From positions 1 to 16,462 of the forward strand of contig JBMFKQ010000034.1 of NCBI GenBank assembly GCA_049972095.1: 16,462 nucleotides of DNA, given 5' to 3'. The stretch comes from Elusimicrobiales bacterium (GTDB taxonomy: Bacteria > Elusimicrobiota > Elusimicrobia > Elusimicrobiales > UBA9959). The notes beneath the pieces are model-generated. The model made no database searches. It had not been told where the DNA came from and saw only the letters and a program-made list of their open reading frames with translations. Shown piece after piece: positions 7,384 to 15,457 of this stretch. The position numbers were made by a program, and so were the translations under genes. How positions within the stretch are numbered: position 1 is the first letter of the stretch; every line of letters starts with the position of its first letter.

Positions 7384-8034
7384 TTAAGGGGATATAGGGG
7401 ATATAAGTCCTTTTTCGATAGCCTTGACCACAGCCTCTGTTCTGTTCGTAACCCCAAGTTTATTGAATATGCTGTTGAGATGATTTTTTACGGTTTTTAC
7501 ACTGCATTTTAGCTCATGAGCTATTTCTTTGTTTGATTTTCCCCTTCCAAGAAGGACCATAACCTTCATCTCTGTAGGTGTAAGGGCTTCCGGAGAGTCT
7601 TTTATACCCTGTCTTAGTCCACTTATAAGCTTATTCATTATCGGTTGAGGGATCATAATAGACTCGCTTGTAAACGCTTTTAATGCATTTACAAGTTCAT
7701 TTGCTGGAAGCATTTTTGAAAGATATCCATTTGCACCTGCCTGAATTGCTTCTGTTATATGAGCCTCATCTTCATAGCTTGAAAGTATTATAACATTTGT
7801 CTGAGAGAATTTTTCTCTTATGATCTTTGTTGCAGTTATACCATCCATCTCAGGTATTTTTATATCCATAAGAACAACATCGGGTTTAAGCCTTTTAACC
7901 ATCTCTATAACCTCAGGACCTGTTTTTGCCTCACCTACTACCTTTATACCCTTCTCATCCTCAAGAAGATCTTTTAGTCCCTCTCTGAAAAGCGTCTGAT
8001 CATCAGCTATTAAAACTGTTACAATCTTTGCCAT
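7384..8034 (-). CDS. NarL/FixJ-family response regulator (REC + LuxR HTH)
   Basis: IADDQTLFREGL, phosphoacceptor VLMD, GANGYLSK, and HTH LTPTE...GKSNKEIAHEL...TVKNHLNSIFNKLGV. SD GGAGG at 8039-8043. Confidence 0.95.
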   Translation of the reverse strand: MAKIVTVLIADDQTLFREGLKDLLEDEKGIKVVGEAKTGPEVIEMVKRLKPDVVLMDIKIPEMDGITATKIIREKFSQTNVIILSSYEDEAHITEAIQAGANGYLSKMLPANELVNALKAFTSESIMIPQPIMNKLISGLRQGIKDSPEALTPTEMKVMVLLGRGKSNKEIAHELKCSVKTVKNHLNSIFNKLGVTNRTEAVVKAIEKGLISPISP

Positions 8035-8057
8035 ATGACCTCCTGTTTTTTACGCAT

Positions 8058-9209
8058 TTAAGTGCGGTTTTCATTCCCCTCTTCTTTTGCAAAAGGAATA
8101 GTGAAGCTAAATGTTGAGCCCTTTCCAATCCCTTCAGATTCAACCCATATCTTACCGTTATGTGCCTGAACTATCTCTTTTGATATGGAAAGTCCAAGCC
8201 CGAGTCTTCCATGACCTGCCTTTGAACCGGGTGGCTGATAAAAACTTTGAAAGAGATTTTTTAAAACATCCGAGGGTATCCCTTCTCCACTATCTATAAC
8301 ACTTACGCATACACTATCCTCATCATTGCTTTTTTTAACCCTTAATGTTATTTTACCGCCACGAGGTGTATGTCTTATAGCGTTTTCTAAAAGGTTTAAA
8401 ATCACCTGACTTATTCTTCTCTTATCTCCAAGAACCATTCTTAAGCCCTCTTTATCTATCTCACTACAAATCTCAATATTTTTCTGCAAAGCCCTTGTCC
8501 TAAGACCCACTATAAGTTCATCAACAAGTTTATCCATCTCAAAATAGTTCTTCTCAAGTCTAAACTTTCCTTGTTCTATAGACGCCCAATCAACAAGATC
8601 TCCTACCAATCTTGATATCTGTTGTATTGAGGTGTTTATAAAATTCATCTTTTTCTTCTGATCATCAGTTGTATTCTTTATTGATGCTGCAAGCATCTCA
8701 AAGCTTATTTGAAGTGTCATCAAGGCATTTGAAAGATCATGGCTTGCCATAGAGAGAAACTTTGATTTCATATTATTAAGTCTATCAAGCTCTTTATTTT
8801 GTTCTTTAAGAACATTTAAAAGCCTCTCATTCTCCTGCTCAAGCCTCAGTTTATCCTCCGCCCTTCTTATGGCATTCTTTAAGTAATTAAAATCAACAGG
8901 TTTTATGAGAAAATCATAAACTGATTCCTGAATTGCCTTTACTGCTGTATCAAGAGATGCATGAGCTGTCATCATAAGTATCTGACTGTCTTTATTAAGC
9001 TTTCTTATATCCTTTATAACCTCTATACCTGTTTTGTCTGTGAGATTAAAGTCCATCAGTATTATGTGAAAGAAATCCGAAGCAACCATACTCATTGCCT
9101 CAGCACCACTGGCTGCCTCAAAAACCTCATAGCCTTCCATCTCAAGCAAATCCTTAAGCGTCTCTCTCAAATGAGCATCGTCATCAACTATAAGTAGTTT
9201 TGATGGCAT
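8058..9209 (-). CDS. Cytoplasmic hybrid histidine kinase (REC-coiled coil-HisKA-HATPase_c)
   Basis: REC motifs IVDDD, ILMD, MMTAH and LIKP. H-box ASHDLSNAL, N-box NLLENAIRH, G1 DSGEGI, G2 LGLGL and GKGSTF. No TM segment. Confidence 0.93.
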   Translation of the reverse strand: MPSKLLIVDDDAHLRETLKDLLEMEGYEVFEAASGAEAMSMVASDFFHIILMDFNLTDKTGIEVIKDIRKLNKDSQILMMTAHASLDTAVKAIQESVYDFLIKPVDFNYLKNAIRRAEDKLRLEQENERLLNVLKEQNKELDRLNNMKSKFLSMASHDLSNALMTLQISFEMLAASIKNTTDDQKKKMNFINTSIQQISRLVGDLVDWASIEQGKFRLEKNYFEMDKLVDELIVGLRTRALQKNIEICSEIDKEGLRMVLGDKRRISQVILNLLENAIRHTPRGGKITLRVKKSNDEDSVCVSVIDSGEGIPSDVLKNLFQSFYQPPGSKAGHGRLGLGLSISKEIVQAHNGKIWVESEGIGKGSTFSFTIPFAKEEGNENRT

Positions 9210-9222
9210 AGATATAATTTTA

Positions 9223-10467
9223 TTAAAAATCAGAATACACAGGAAACATTTGGGTTAGCTTTTTAACCTTCTCCTTTATACCCTTAAGATAAGTGTCATC
9301 GTTTAGGTGTATAATGGCATCATCAATGTAGTCAGCTATCTCCTCCATCTCTTTTTCTTTCATACCTCTCGTTGTAACAGCAGGTGTTCCTATTCTTATT
9401 CCACTTGTAATAAGCGGTGGTTGAGGATCATAAGGTATGGTATTTTTGTTAACTGTTATACCCGCCTTATCAAGAGCTATCTCAGCATCTTTACCTGTAA
9501 CACCCTTTGCTCTTAAATCAACAGAGAAAAGATGGCAATCAGTCCCACCAGATACAATTCTATATCCTCTATTTTCAAGCTCTTTAGCAAGTTTTTGAGC
9601 ATTTCTTACAACCTGTTTTTGATAATCAATAAAATCTGGTTTCATCGCCTCATAAAAGCAAACTGCTTTTGCTGCAATAACATGCATCAAAGGACCACCC
9701 TGATTTCCTGGGAAGTTTGTTCTATCTATTGCCTTTGCATACACCTTCTTTGAGAGTATAAGTCCCCCCCTTGGTCCTCTAAGAGTTTTATGCGTCGTGG
9801 ATGTAACAACATCAGCATAAGGAATAGGGGATGGATATACTCCTGCGGCAATAAGCCCAGCATAGTGCGCTATATCACACACAAAATAACACTTCCAGTC
9901 ATCAGCCATCTTTTTAATTCTTGCCCAGTCCCATTTTCTTGAGTAGTTTGATGCACCAGCCATTATAAGTTTTGGCCTTTCTTTTTCAATGGTCTTTTCC
10001 ATCTCATCATAATCTATAAGCTCTGTATCTTTGTTTACATTTATACTCACTATTTTGAAATATCTTCCTGAAAAATTCAGTGGATGTCCATGTGAAAGGT
10101 GTCCGCCATGTGAAAGGTTCAGTCCTATAACAGTATCGCCTGGTTCTATCAGTGAAAGATATGCAGTTATATTTGCCTGAGTGCCACTGTGGGGTTGAAC
10201 ATTTGCATGTTCTGCTCCAAAAAGTTTTTTTGCTCTTTCAATCGCAAGGCTTTCAGCAAGGTCAACCCACTCACAACCTCCATAATATCTCCTTTTTGGA
10301 TAGCCCTCCGCATATTTATTTGTAAGCACACTTCCTAAAGCTTCAAGCACTGCCTTTGATGTATAATTTTCTGAGGCTATGAGTTCAAGATTATCCCTTT
10401 GTCTTGAAAGCTCACCCATTATTGCATGGTATATATCAGGATCAACCTTTTTTACCTCCTCATACAT
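9223..10467 (-). CDS. glyA: Serine hydroxymethyltransferase
   Basis: [30 protein letters not shown], the PLP lysine in [12 protein letters not shown], and [16 protein letters not shown] upstream. Confidence 0.99.
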   Translation of the reverse strand: MYEEVKKVDPDIYHAIMGELSRQRDNLELIASENYTSKAVLEALGSVLTNKYAEGYPKRRYYGGCEWVDLAESLAIERAKKLFGAEHANVQPHSGTQANITAYLSLIEPGDTVIGLNLSHGGHLSHGHPLNFSGRYFKIVSINVNKDTELIDYDEMEKTIEKERPKLIMAGASNYSRKWDWARIKKMADDWKCYFVCDIAHYAGLIAAGVYPSPIPYADVVTSTTHKTLRGPRGGLILSKKVYAKAIDRTNFPGNQGGPLMHVIAAKAVCFYEAMKPDFIDYQKQVVRNAQKLAKELENRGYRIVSGGTDCHLFSVDLRAKGVTGKDAEIALDKAGITVNKNTIPYDPQPPLITSGIRIGTPAVTTRGMKEKEMEEIADYIDDAIIHLNDDTYLKGIKEKVKKLTQMFPVYSDF

Positions 10468-10511
10468 AAATCCTCCATAGAGATCTTAAAATACCTTATC
10501 ATCTCAAATAA

Positions 10512-10539
10512 ATTTTATCAATTTTAAAATAAAATTCAA
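10512..10539 (-). promoter_or_regulatory. Putative sigma70 promoter of glyA
   Basis: TTGAAT (10534-10539), 16-nt spacer, extended -10 TGA-TAAAAT (10512-10520). Leadered, with an SD at about 10472-10476. Confidence 0.5.
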
Positions 10540-10543
10540 TGAA

Positions 10544-11668
10544 TTATGTCTTTGATATAATAGCAAGAAGTGCATCAACTGATCTTTTAATCTGCTTGAA
10601 TATCATCTCATAAAAAACATAATCCTTACCATAAGGATCATATATATCCCCTCCATAACCTGTATACTCATTTAGAGTAAAAACCTTTTTTGAATGCTCA
10701 GGAAAAAGAAGAAGAAGTTTATTTTTATGTTCCTTTGTCATTACAAGGATAATATCATTTAATTCTATAAAAGCTCTGTCTATTTGTTTTGGGGTGTGAA
10801 TGAAATTTTTTATCCCTTCATTTGAGATAAGCCTTAAAACATTCTCACCTACATTAGCATTCTCTTGAACCCAAAGCCCAGCTGAATCAAAAATAATATC
10901 CAATTTCCTTTCACTTGTTAGTTTCACTGCATAGGCAAAAGCCAATACACTTCTGCAGGTGTTTGAGCTAGATACAAATCCAACCCTTGATATTTTCTTC
11001 AAGATTTTATCAGGCTTTGAAAATATAACAGTTATCTCACCTTTTATCTCTTTCTTCTGCAAAAGAGCAGATAAAACATTGCTTACACTTCCCTTTATCC
11101 ACTCTTCATGAAGTTTTGTTAATTCTCTTGCCACAACACAGTCTATATCTCCAAAGTTTTCAAGAACAAGTTCAAGAAGTCTAATAACTCTATTTGGCGA
11201 TTCATATACAATAACCGGAAAATCATAGAGAATCGCTGAAAGCATCTTAATCATTCGAGATTTGGCTCTTGGTAGAAAGCCTAAAAAGACAAACCTGCTT
11301 CCATCAAAACCACTTCCTGCAATCCCAGCTATACAAGCAGAGTTAACACCAATAACTCTAACATCAATTCCTTTCTCTCTTGCAAGCTTTACAATTCTCC
11401 AACCAGGATCAGATATACAAGGAGTTCCTGCATCCGAAATAAGACATAGATTCATACCTGATGCCATCATCTGAACTATTTCATCAACTGATTCTTTTGA
11501 GGTTTCATTATATCTTAGAATCTTCTTACTTATCCCATAGTAAGAAAGAAGCTTCAAACTAACCCTTGTATCCTCACATATAACAGCATCACAATTCTTA
11601 ATAATGTCTAAGGCTCTTTGAGTTATATCACTAAGATTTCCTATTGGAGTTGAAACAACAAAAAGCAC
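10544..11668 (-). CDS. rsmI: 16S rRNA C1402 2'-O-methyltransferase RsmI fused to a C-terminal LMW-PTP-like domain (catalytic Cys replaced by Ser)
   Basis: STPIGNLSDIT, CEDTR, SDAGTPCISDPG, FLGFLP, YESPNR, ARELTKLHEE and KGEI, followed by FVSSSNTCRS, DSAG, DIILVM and DIYDPYG. GTG start. Confidence 0.92.
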   Translation of the reverse strand: MLFVVSTPIGNLSDITQRALDIIKNCDAVICEDTRVSLKLLSYYGISKKILRYNETSKESVDEIVQMMASGMNLCLISDAGTPCISDPGWRIVKLAREKGIDVRVIGVNSACIAGIAGSGFDGSRFVFLGFLPRAKSRMIKMLSAILYDFPVIVYESPNRVIRLLELVLENFGDIDCVVARELTKLHEEWIKGSVSNVLSALLQKKEIKGEITVIFSKPDKILKKISRVGFVSSSNTCRSVLAFAYAVKLTSERKLDIIFDSAGLWVQENANVGENVLRLISNEGIKNFIHTPKQIDRAFIELNDIILVMTKEHKNKLLLLFPEHSKKVFTLNEYTGYGGDIYDPYGKDYVFYEMIFKQIKRSVDALLAIISKT

Positions 11669-11673
11669 TTCTC

Positions 11674-12897
11674 TTACCTTGAAAAATCCTCTTCTTCAAT
11701 AAGCTCAAGAAAGGCATCAACAACCTTTGGATCAAACTGTTTCCCACTTCCTTTCTTGAGTTCCTCAATAGCCTTCTCTTTTGTAAGAGCTTTGCGATAG
11801 GGCCTATCGGATGTCATAGCATCCCATGCATCTATAACGCTGACTATTCTGGAACCAAGAGGTATCTCTTCCCCTTTAAGCCCCTCAGGATATCCCACAC
11901 CATTATACCACTCATGATGATAGAGAATTATCTTTGCAACAGGGATAAGAAACTCTATTGGAGAAAGTATCTGATAGGCTATCTCTGGGTGTTTTTTTAT
12001 CTCCTTATACTCTTCGTCTGTAAGCCTACCAGGTTTGGTTAAAATCTTCTCATTTATTCCTATCTTACCTATATCATGAAGAAGTGCAGCATATTCTATA
12101 GTCTTTATCATCTGATAGGGAACATTCAATTTCTTCGCAAGTTTAACAGCCCTCCCCCTTGCACGGGATGCATGGTCTAAAGTATAGGAATCCTTAGCAT
12201 CTATTATCCTTGCAAGTGTCTCAACCAGCTCAAGATAAAACCTCTCCAAGCTCTGATAAAGCCCTATATTCTCTATCATTACAGATATTTCATCTGAAAG
12301 TATTGTTAGAAATTTTAGATCCCATTCCGAAAACGATTGTTTGTTCTGGGGAAGATGCACATTTAACACCCCTAAAACTCCATCTCTTGATTTCAGCGGA
12401 AGTGATACAAATGCCTCCTTCTGCTCAGCATATCCCATATATTTTTCATAGCTTGGATTTGTTTCAGGTTCACTGACAAATATTATCTCACCCTTCTCAA
12501 AAGCTCTTCCTGCAACGCCTTGCCCTGGTTTTAGTTTCACAGCATCGATAAGTTCCTGCCTTATATTTTTACTTGCCACAATAACTAAACTACCTTGTTT
12601 TTCATCATAAAGCATTATTGAACCACGCTTCGACCCAACAATATCACAAGCTCTTTCAAGTGCCATTTGATAAAACTCCTTCTCCTTTCCACTTGAAACC
12701 CCTTTCATTCCATAGTTATGTATTGCCATCATATCAACAAGAAGCTCATCAAACCTTGTCCATATTTTTTTAAAATCTTCATCACTGGATTTTTTCTTTA
12801 TTTTGGAAGATATAACCTTAAGCCGATAGAGATGATTAAGAACAACGAAAAGCACAACAAGGAGAAATACATTAACAGCTGCAAGAGCATAAATCAT
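11674..12897 (-). CDS. Membrane-anchored GAF + HD-GYP protein (putative cyclic dinucleotide phosphodiesterase)
   Basis: N-terminal TM helix. GAF motifs GSIML, GQGVAG, SLPL and LGVLNV. HD-GYP motifs YTLDH, LHDIGK, KKHP, HHEWYNGVGYP and DAWDAMTSDRPYR. Confidence 0.93.
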   Translation of the reverse strand: MIYALAAVNVFLLVVLFVVLNHLYRLKVISSKIKKKSSDEDFKKIWTRFDELLVDMMAIHNYGMKGVSSGKEKEFYQMALERACDIVGSKRGSIMLYDEKQGSLVIVASKNIRQELIDAVKLKPGQGVAGRAFEKGEIIFVSEPETNPSYEKYMGYAEQKEAFVSLPLKSRDGVLGVLNVHLPQNKQSFSEWDLKFLTILSDEISVMIENIGLYQSLERFYLELVETLARIIDAKDSYTLDHASRARGRAVKLAKKLNVPYQMIKTIEYAALLHDIGKIGINEKILTKPGRLTDEEYKEIKKHPEIAYQILSPIEFLIPVAKIILYHHEWYNGVGYPEGLKGEEIPLGSRIVSVIDAWDAMTSDRPYRKALTKEKAIEELKKGSGKQFDPKVVDAFLELIEEEDFSR

Positions 12898-12903
12898 AAG
12901 ATT

Positions 12904-12933
12904 AGAATAGCAAAAAAACAGTCATAAATTCAA
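12904..12933 (-). promoter_or_regulatory. Putative leaderless promoter of the HD-GYP gene
   Basis: TTGAAT (12928-12933), 18-nt spacer ending TGC, TATTCT (12904-12909), then 6 nt and the ATG at 12897. No SD. Confidence 0.45.
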
Positions 12934-14312
12934 TCATCCACTGATGTTATAATGGATGTGGAAAGTTTTCTAAAAATTCCAGATATAGTTTGTGAAGGGA
13001 TAATTAATGTGTAGCTCCATGAAAAAGGATCACCTTTAATCTCTGAGAAAGGAATTGAAAAGCTAACTTCATTATCCCTCCTATTTAGAGAAAGTCTTTT
13101 AACAATCTGATAATCATGAAGGGTAGCGGAATAAAAAAGGACACTCTCTTTTGATATAATAAACGAATACTCCCATGCATTTCTATCATCCATCTTATAG
13201 CTTGTTGATATAATTGATCTATTTCCCTGACCAGCTCTTTTGTTTATATCAGCATATACCTGAATGTTTTGTGCAAGCGAGGTTGATGAGCTAACAACAA
13301 AAACTGCCTTATCTCCATCCCTTCTAACCTCAAATGAAACAGAATCTGAAAGATATCTTATATAATCTTTTGCTCTCTCAACACTAAAACGCCTAATATC
13401 TTCATCAAGAAAATCAGTATAAACAAAATAAGGTACATTCTTTGACATAAGAGCATAGATAGCCGATGTTACATCTCTAACCCTATTATAAAACTCATCA
13501 CTTGGTGTTAGATCATTATAATATGAGATAAGATCACAGAAGTAAGAAAAAACCTGATCGTTATTCTCATCACTTTGTAATAAAATATCCTCAGCAACAC
13601 GATTGAGATATGAAAGATAATTCTTCTTGCTTGGATTTAAAAATCGTGTATAACATTCAAAGCTACTGTCACTATTCGGAAAAACACTGTTTTCAATAAG
13701 ATAACCTACACTCTTTATACCATAACCTGATGATATTGCTGTAATAAATAGGCTGTAAATATCAACACCAGATCTTTCATCCAACAAAAAGAATGTTGAG
13801 GATGAAATGGATGATATAAACTGTTCTGTTGAGTTAACAATTTTAAAGACTACAACCTTTGTCTGAGATGAAGCATACACAAATGAATCTTCATTCTCTT
13901 TTGATATCCCTCCAGATATCCAGCTAAAAGTGGAAGGGAGATTTTCAACAAATCTTAAATTATGCATTGCATCTTCAAAAAAAAGAGCTTTTGTATCTAA
14001 TAAATATCCAGACGAATATACACAAGAAGCTATCTTATGATTGTAGGGTATCTTTTTAAAGTTTAACAGAGAGATATCGTTCAAACACACACCACTAAAA
14101 ACTGCATAAGGAAAGGTTATATAAGAAACCCTCTCGACTCTATCGGAACATGATTGTGGTAGTGGGCTCAAAACAGTAGAAAAAGATGCTGTTGGTGCTT
14201 CAAGATTTATATACTGGCAAAGACTATCAACTGTATGTGAGGAGGCAATTACAAGAACTCCAATATCTCTGGCAAAAAGAGTAGATAAAACTACAAAAAA
14301 TAATCCTGTCAT
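12930..14312 (-). CDS. Exported hypothetical protein with a C-terminal glucodextranase-C/DOMON-like domain
   Basis: 460-aa ORF with a signal-like N-terminus and an ATGA overlap with the upstream gene. The C-terminal IQVYADIN...AWEYSFII...SFSIP...GDPFSWSY resembles the sugar-binding tail of GH57 amylopullulanases (recognised by eye). Confidence 0.6.
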   Translation of the reverse strand: MTGLFFVVLSTLFARDIGVLVIASSHTVDSLCQYINLEAPTASFSTVLSPLPQSCSDRVERVSYITFPYAVFSGVCLNDISLLNFKKIPYNHKIASCVYSSGYLLDTKALFFEDAMHNLRFVENLPSTFSWISGGISKENEDSFVYASSQTKVVVFKIVNSTEQFISSISSSTFFLLDERSGVDIYSLFITAISSGYGIKSVGYLIENSVFPNSDSSFECYTRFLNPSKKNYLSYLNRVAEDILLQSDENNDQVFSYFCDLISYYNDLTPSDEFYNRVRDVTSAIYALMSKNVPYFVYTDFLDEDIRRFSVERAKDYIRYLSDSVSFEVRRDGDKAVFVVSSSTSLAQNIQVYADINKRAGQGNRSIISTSYKMDDRNAWEYSFIISKESVLFYSATLHDYQIVKRLSLNRRDNEVSFSIPFSEIKGDPFSWSYTLIIPSQTISGIFRKLSTSIITSVDD

Positions 14313-14776
14313 TTCACTGTTATTACAGAAACCTTTCTGTTTTCATAATAATCAAATGAAGGGTTTAAAGGATCAAGTATCTCTTTTCCATCAACAATGA
14401 ATATATATTTGTAGTTGCCTCTAATAAGTGGAACTGAATAAATCCATTCATCGTTAATCTTCTCCATACTCTGTGGTTTCCATTTTGTAAAATCACCTGA
14501 TATAAAAACCTTATCAGAGTTTATCCTCAATCTTATATCCACAACCCTAAACTCCTCCACATTCATATCTCCTTTATCAGATGTTCTAACATTAGGTATC
14601 TTTGAAACAATAGTCCTTTTTACAAATCTTATAGGCATCTCAGCCCATTTATCAAAAAAAGTAAAATAATCAAAAAACATACTCTTTACAATAACCACAG
14701 GAATAATAAGAATAATAAAAAGCAGGGTTGAAAGTATAATAAGATAATCTTTCTTTTCAGGTTTTCTCATACTCAT
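14309..14776 (-). CDS. Membrane-anchored CBM48/AMPK-beta-like glycogen-binding domain protein
   Basis: N-terminal TM helix and C-terminal VFISGDFTKW...M...W...GNYKYIFIVDG...DPLNP...SVITV. Start is uncertain (ATG 14776, ATG 14770 or TTG 14779). Confidence 0.85.
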   Translation of the reverse strand: MSMRKPEKKDYLIILSTLLFIILIIPVVIVKSMFFDYFTFFDKWAEMPIRFVKRTIVSKIPNVRTSDKGDMNVEEFRVVDIRLRINSDKVFISGDFTKWKPQSMEKINDEWIYSVPLIRGNYKYIFIVDGKEILDPLNPSFDYYENRKVSVITVK

Positions 14777-15404
14777 CAAGATAAGGTCTCATACGAAATC
14801 TTACACCAACTTCAAAAGCAAATCTTTTAACTGCATCAGTATCTACACCTTTAAGATCTACTGCTGTTACAACAACCTCCTCTACATTGTGTTTTGCTTT
14901 TTTAATAAAATCTATAACAGACTCAAAAGCTCCCTCTTTGTACTCATCAAAGGGGTTCATTATTTCATACCACTTTTCTTTATCAACAGTATTGAGACTT
15001 ACACTAACCGAGTTTATAAGACCTTTCATCTCAGGTGTTATATCTCTTTTGTTTACAAGATTACCAAGCCCGTTGGTATCTATTCTTATTCTAATATCAG
15101 AAGAAACATTTGATAGTTTTTTCTCTCTTATCGATGATACCACATCCCTAACACAATCCCACCTCATAAGAGGCTCACCATAACCGCAGAAAACAATCTC
15201 AGGATATTTTTTTCTCGCAAACTCTAAGTTAATAGCCTTAATGACCTCACTAGCGGATGGTTCTTTGTTAAGAGCAAGATTATAACCCCTATATCTCATT
15301 GACCATTTAGTTTTTATACAGAAACTGCAAAGATTAGGACATCTGTTTGTAATATTGATATAGAGCAATGATGAATATTCATAGACTATATGAGGTTTTT
15401 GCAT
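14757..15404 (-). CDS. Radical SAM protein of the TatD-associated family
   Basis: LYINITNRCPNLCSFC (CxxxCxxC), EIVFCGYGEP, IRIDTNG, SVSLN and C-terminal FRMRPY. 215 aa. Confidence 0.88.
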   Translation of the reverse strand: MQKPHIVYEYSSLLYINITNRCPNLCSFCIKTKWSMRYRGYNLALNKEPSASEVIKAINLEFARKKYPEIVFCGYGEPLMRWDCVRDVVSSIREKKLSNVSSDIRIRIDTNGLGNLVNKRDITPEMKGLINSVSVSLNTVDKEKWYEIMNPFDEYKEGAFESVIDFIKKAKHNVEEVVVTAVDLKGVDTDAVKRFAFEVGVRFRMRPYLDEYEKT

Positions 15405-15410
15405 ATAGAT

Positions 15411-15419
15411 ATTTTATCA
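15411..15419 (-). promoter_or_regulatory. Putative extended -10 leaderless promoter of the radical SAM gene
   Basis: TGA-TAAAAT (15411-15419), then 6 nt and the ATG at 15404. No SD and no good -35. Confidence 0.5.
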
Positions 15420-15457
15420 TTTTTGCAGATGAAGGAAATTTGCCTATGAATTATTCT

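Noticed and set aside
1606..9770. Homopolymer runs (T9 at 1606-1614, A8 at 7202-7209, C7 at 9764-9770) as phase-variation sites
   Set aside because: They are short, in frame, and explained by Lys, Phe and Gly codons in an AT-rich genome. No frameshift is seen.
10088..10118. 13-bp direct repeat CCATGTGAAAGGT in glyA
   Set aside because: It encodes the conserved [10 protein letters not shown] motif, so protein sequence explains it.
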